DNA of 61,335 bases from Deinococcus sp. (GTDB lineage: Bacteria > Deinococcota > Deinococci > Deinococcales > Deinococcaceae), in contig JAYSYR010000008.1 of assembly GCA_043727435.1 (NCBI GenBank), positions 1-61,335 of the forward strand, written 5' to 3'. How positions within the stretch are numbered: the first letter of the stretch is position 1; every line of letters begins with the position of its first letter. The translations under genes and the position numbers were made by a program. Of this stretch, positions 58,988 through 61,335 are shown piece after piece. Below the pieces are notes generated by a model. That model was given only the letters and a program-made list of their open reading frames with translations. It was not told where the DNA came from and did not search any database.

Positions 58988-59806
58988 ATGACCGAACAGC
59001 CAGCCAGCAGTCACCAGATCGAGATCCGCAATCTTCACGCCAGCGTGAACGACCTGCCCATCCTGAAGGGCATCAACCTCGTCATTCCGCGCGGCGAGCT
59101 GCACGCCGTGATGGGGCCCAACGGCAACGGCAAGTCCACGCTGGCCAAGGTGATCGTGGGCGACCCCGAGTACACCGTGACCGAAGGTGAGGTGCTCGTA
59201 GACGGCGTGAACATTCTGGAGATGGAGCCCGACGAGCGCGCCCGCCTGGGCGTCTTCCTGGCCTTCCAGTACCCGGTCGAGATTCCCGGCGTGACCATCG
59301 CCAACTTCCTGCGCCTCGCCATGCAGGCCCGTAAAGCAGAGGGCGAGGAAGTGAGCTTCACCGAGTTCTACGGCAAGCTGCTGGCCGCCCTGAAGACCCT
59401 GGAGTGGGACGAGAGCATTGTGGAACGCTACCTGAACGCGGGCTTTTCCGGCGGCGAGAAGAAGCGCAACGAGATTCTGCAGATGGCGCTGCTGGAGCCG
59501 CGCCTCGCGATCCTCGACGAGACCGATTCCGGCCTCGACATCGATGCATTGCGGGTCGTCTCGCACGGTGTCAATCAGCTGAGCCACCGCGACAACGCCA
59601 TCGTGCTGGTCACCCACTACCAGCGCCTGCTCGACCACGTCGTGCCCGACTTCGTGCACGTGATGGAAGCCGGCCGCATCGTCAAGACCGGCGGCAAGGA
59701 ACTGGCGCTCGAACTGGAGGCGCGCGGATACGAGGGGGTCGGCGCGGCGCATCGGGCCGAGCGCTTGGCGCAGAACCCCGCGCAGACCGTGGCGGTGGCC
59801 CCATGA
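58988..59806 (+). CDS. sufC: Fe-S cluster assembly ATPase SufC
   Basis: [48 protein letters not shown]. Confidence 0.96.
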   Translation: MTEQPASSHQIEIRNLHASVNDLPILKGINLVIPRGELHAVMGPNGNGKSTLAKVIVGDPEYTVTEGEVLVDGVNILEMEPDERARLGVFLAFQYPVEIPGVTIANFLRLAMQARKAEGEEVSFTEFYGKLLAALKTLEWDESIVERYLNAGFSGGEKKRNEILQMALLEPRLAILDETDSGLDIDALRVVSHGVNQLSHRDNAIVLVTHYQRLLDHVVPDFVHVMEAGRIVKTGGKELALELEARGYEGVGAAHRAERLAQNPAQTVAVAP

Positions 59807-61125
59807 GCGCCGTCATCGACCTGCGCCCGCCAGCCGCGATGGCCCGCCTCGGTACACCGTGGGCCGAGCACCCGGGTTTGCCGTGCACCCCTTGGGCCTT
59901 CGTCGATGCACTGCGAAGCAGAGGTCACACCGACCTGGGCTCGCTCGCCATGCCCACCGTGCGCGCCGAGGCCTGGCGCTTCACCGACCTTTCACCGCTG
60001 CGTCGGCTGTCGTTGCAACCGGCTCGCGTGGCGGACCCCTTGTCGGCTGCCGACATCGCTCACTTCCAGCTCGACGAGGCTTCGACAAGGCTGGTGTTTG
60101 TCGACGGGGTTCACTCCCCCGAACTGTCGAGCGCAACCGCCGACGCGTGCGGCGTGCTGGTGGCCAACCTGCCGGCGGCCATGGCGGTACAGGCCGCGGC
60201 CGTCGAGAAGCATCTGGGCTGCCACCAGCCATCCGAGAGCGACATCTTCGCAGCAGCCAACACTGCATTCCTGCGCGATGCGGCCATCGTCTTGCTGGCG
60301 CGCAACGCCACGCTCGCCACGCCGGTGCACCTGTTGTTCATCGCCACGCAAGCGGGTGCCGTCAGCCACCCGCGTTGCCTGCTGGTTGCCGAGCCGGGCA
60401 GCAGCCTGACGCTGATCGAAGACCACGTCTCGCTGCAACACGCCGCCTACCTGAGCAATGCCGTGACCGAGATCGTGCTGGCCGAGCGGGCGACGCTGCA
60501 ACACATTCGCGTGCAACGCGACGGCGCGCAGGCTTTCCACATCGCCAACACCAGCGTCTCGCTGGGCCACGGCAGCCGCTATCGGTCGGTCAGTTTGGAC
60601 ATCGGTGCGCAGCTCTCGCGCCATCAGCTCGACGTTGTGCTGGGTGAAGGGGCCGACTGCACGGTGGACGGCCTGGCCGTGGTCTCGGGCAACCAGCTGG
60701 CCGACACTCACAGCAGCATCGTCCACGCCCAACCGCACGGGCGAAGCCGCCAGCTGCACAAGTGCATCGCGGGTGGTGCGGCGCGTGCGGTGTTCAACGG
60801 CAAGGTGGGTGTGCTTCAGGGCGCGCAGCACACCGACGCCGCACAGATGAGCCGCAACCTGTTGCTCGGCACGAAGGCGCGCATCGACACGCAACCGCAG
60901 CTCGAGATCCTGGCCGACGACGTGAAGTGCGCCCACGGCGCGACGGTGGCACCGCTCGACGCCGAGGAGGTGTTCTACCTGCAGAGCCGTGGGTTGTCCG
61001 ACGGCGCCTCGCGTGCCCTGCTGACCCATGCGTTCGGCGCCGAGATCATCGGGCGCATCCCCGTGGCCTCGCTGCGCGGGCAGTTACAGCAACGCATGCT
61101 CGCGCAAACCGGCAGCCAGTCATGA
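59803..61125 (+). CDS. sufD: Fe-S cluster assembly protein SufD
   Basis: [53 protein letters not shown]; ATGA overlap with sufC. Confidence 0.93.
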   Translation: MSAVIDLRPPAAMARLGTPWAEHPGLPCTPWAFVDALRSRGHTDLGSLAMPTVRAEAWRFTDLSPLRRLSLQPARVADPLSAADIAHFQLDEASTRLVFVDGVHSPELSSATADACGVLVANLPAAMAVQAAAVEKHLGCHQPSESDIFAAANTAFLRDAAIVLLARNATLATPVHLLFIATQAGAVSHPRCLLVAEPGSSLTLIEDHVSLQHAAYLSNAVTEIVLAERATLQHIRVQRDGAQAFHIANTSVSLGHGSRYRSVSLDIGAQLSRHQLDVVLGEGADCTVDGLAVVSGNQLADTHSSIVHAQPHGRSRQLHKCIAGGAARAVFNGKVGVLQGAQHTDAAQMSRNLLLGTKARIDTQPQLEILADDVKCAHGATVAPLDAEEVFYLQSRGLSDGASRALLTHAFGAEIIGRIPVASLRGQLQQRMLAQTGSQS

Positions 61126-61335
61126 GCGCGCGCCAGGCCGGCCTGAGTGGTGCCACGGCGCCGCACCGAGCCGCCGATGCCTTCGATCTCGAGCGCATTC
61201 GCGCGGACTTTCCGATCCTGCGTGAGCAGGTGCACGGCAAGCCGCTCGTCTACCTGGACAACGCTGCTTCCAGCCAGATGCCGCAGCCGGTGATCGACCG
61301 CCTGGTGCACTACCAGACGGCGCAGCACGCCAACA
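61122..61335 (+). CDS. sufS: Cysteine desulfurase SufS (partial, runs off window)
   Basis: [30 protein letters not shown]. Confidence 0.9.
   Translation, partial: MSARQAGLSGATAPHRAADAFDLERIRADFPILREQVHGKPLVYLDNAASSQMPQPVIDRLVHYQTAQHAN

Noticed and set aside
59404-59802. N-terminal extension of SufD in the ORF track
   Set aside because: Out-of-frame overlap with sufC; ATG 59803 gives the usual ATGA coupling

Overview
GC-rich chromosomal window whose genes, intergenic repeats and leaderless promoters look like Deinococcus. Bases 1-11.6 kb are an accessory region: PAS/GAF/GGDEF/EAL protein, alkaline-phosphatase-superfamily lipoprotein plus partner, broken IS5, IS630 remnant, MFS with divergent regulator, intact IS630 and a YHYH protein. 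Bases 11.6-59.5 kb are mostly core genes: two acyl-CoA dehydrogenases, VanW, frameshifted prfB, carH/litR-ldrP, tdk, rpmE, VIT1, mutS-NUDIX-mutL, nos, glmS with its ribozyme, htrA, rpoZ, tdh, proline utilisation operon, S8 protease, exbB-exbD-TonB-like operon and sufC. From about 59.5 kb the sequence appears to switch to a proteobacterial-type sufC-sufD-sufS, possibly an assembly chimera. Best leads: an ExbBD/TonB-like operon with an atypical effector domain; a candidate ~205-nt structured RNA between tdk and rpmE; an 18-bp Fur-like box shared by the VIT1 and suf promoters; a 249-bp MITE-like element; repeats abutting stop codons; pervasive 15-nt tandem duplications; a 34-aa unannotated membrane peptide; two foreign-looking ORFs inside the proline operon. 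All calls come from reading the sequence; no searches or folding programs were run.
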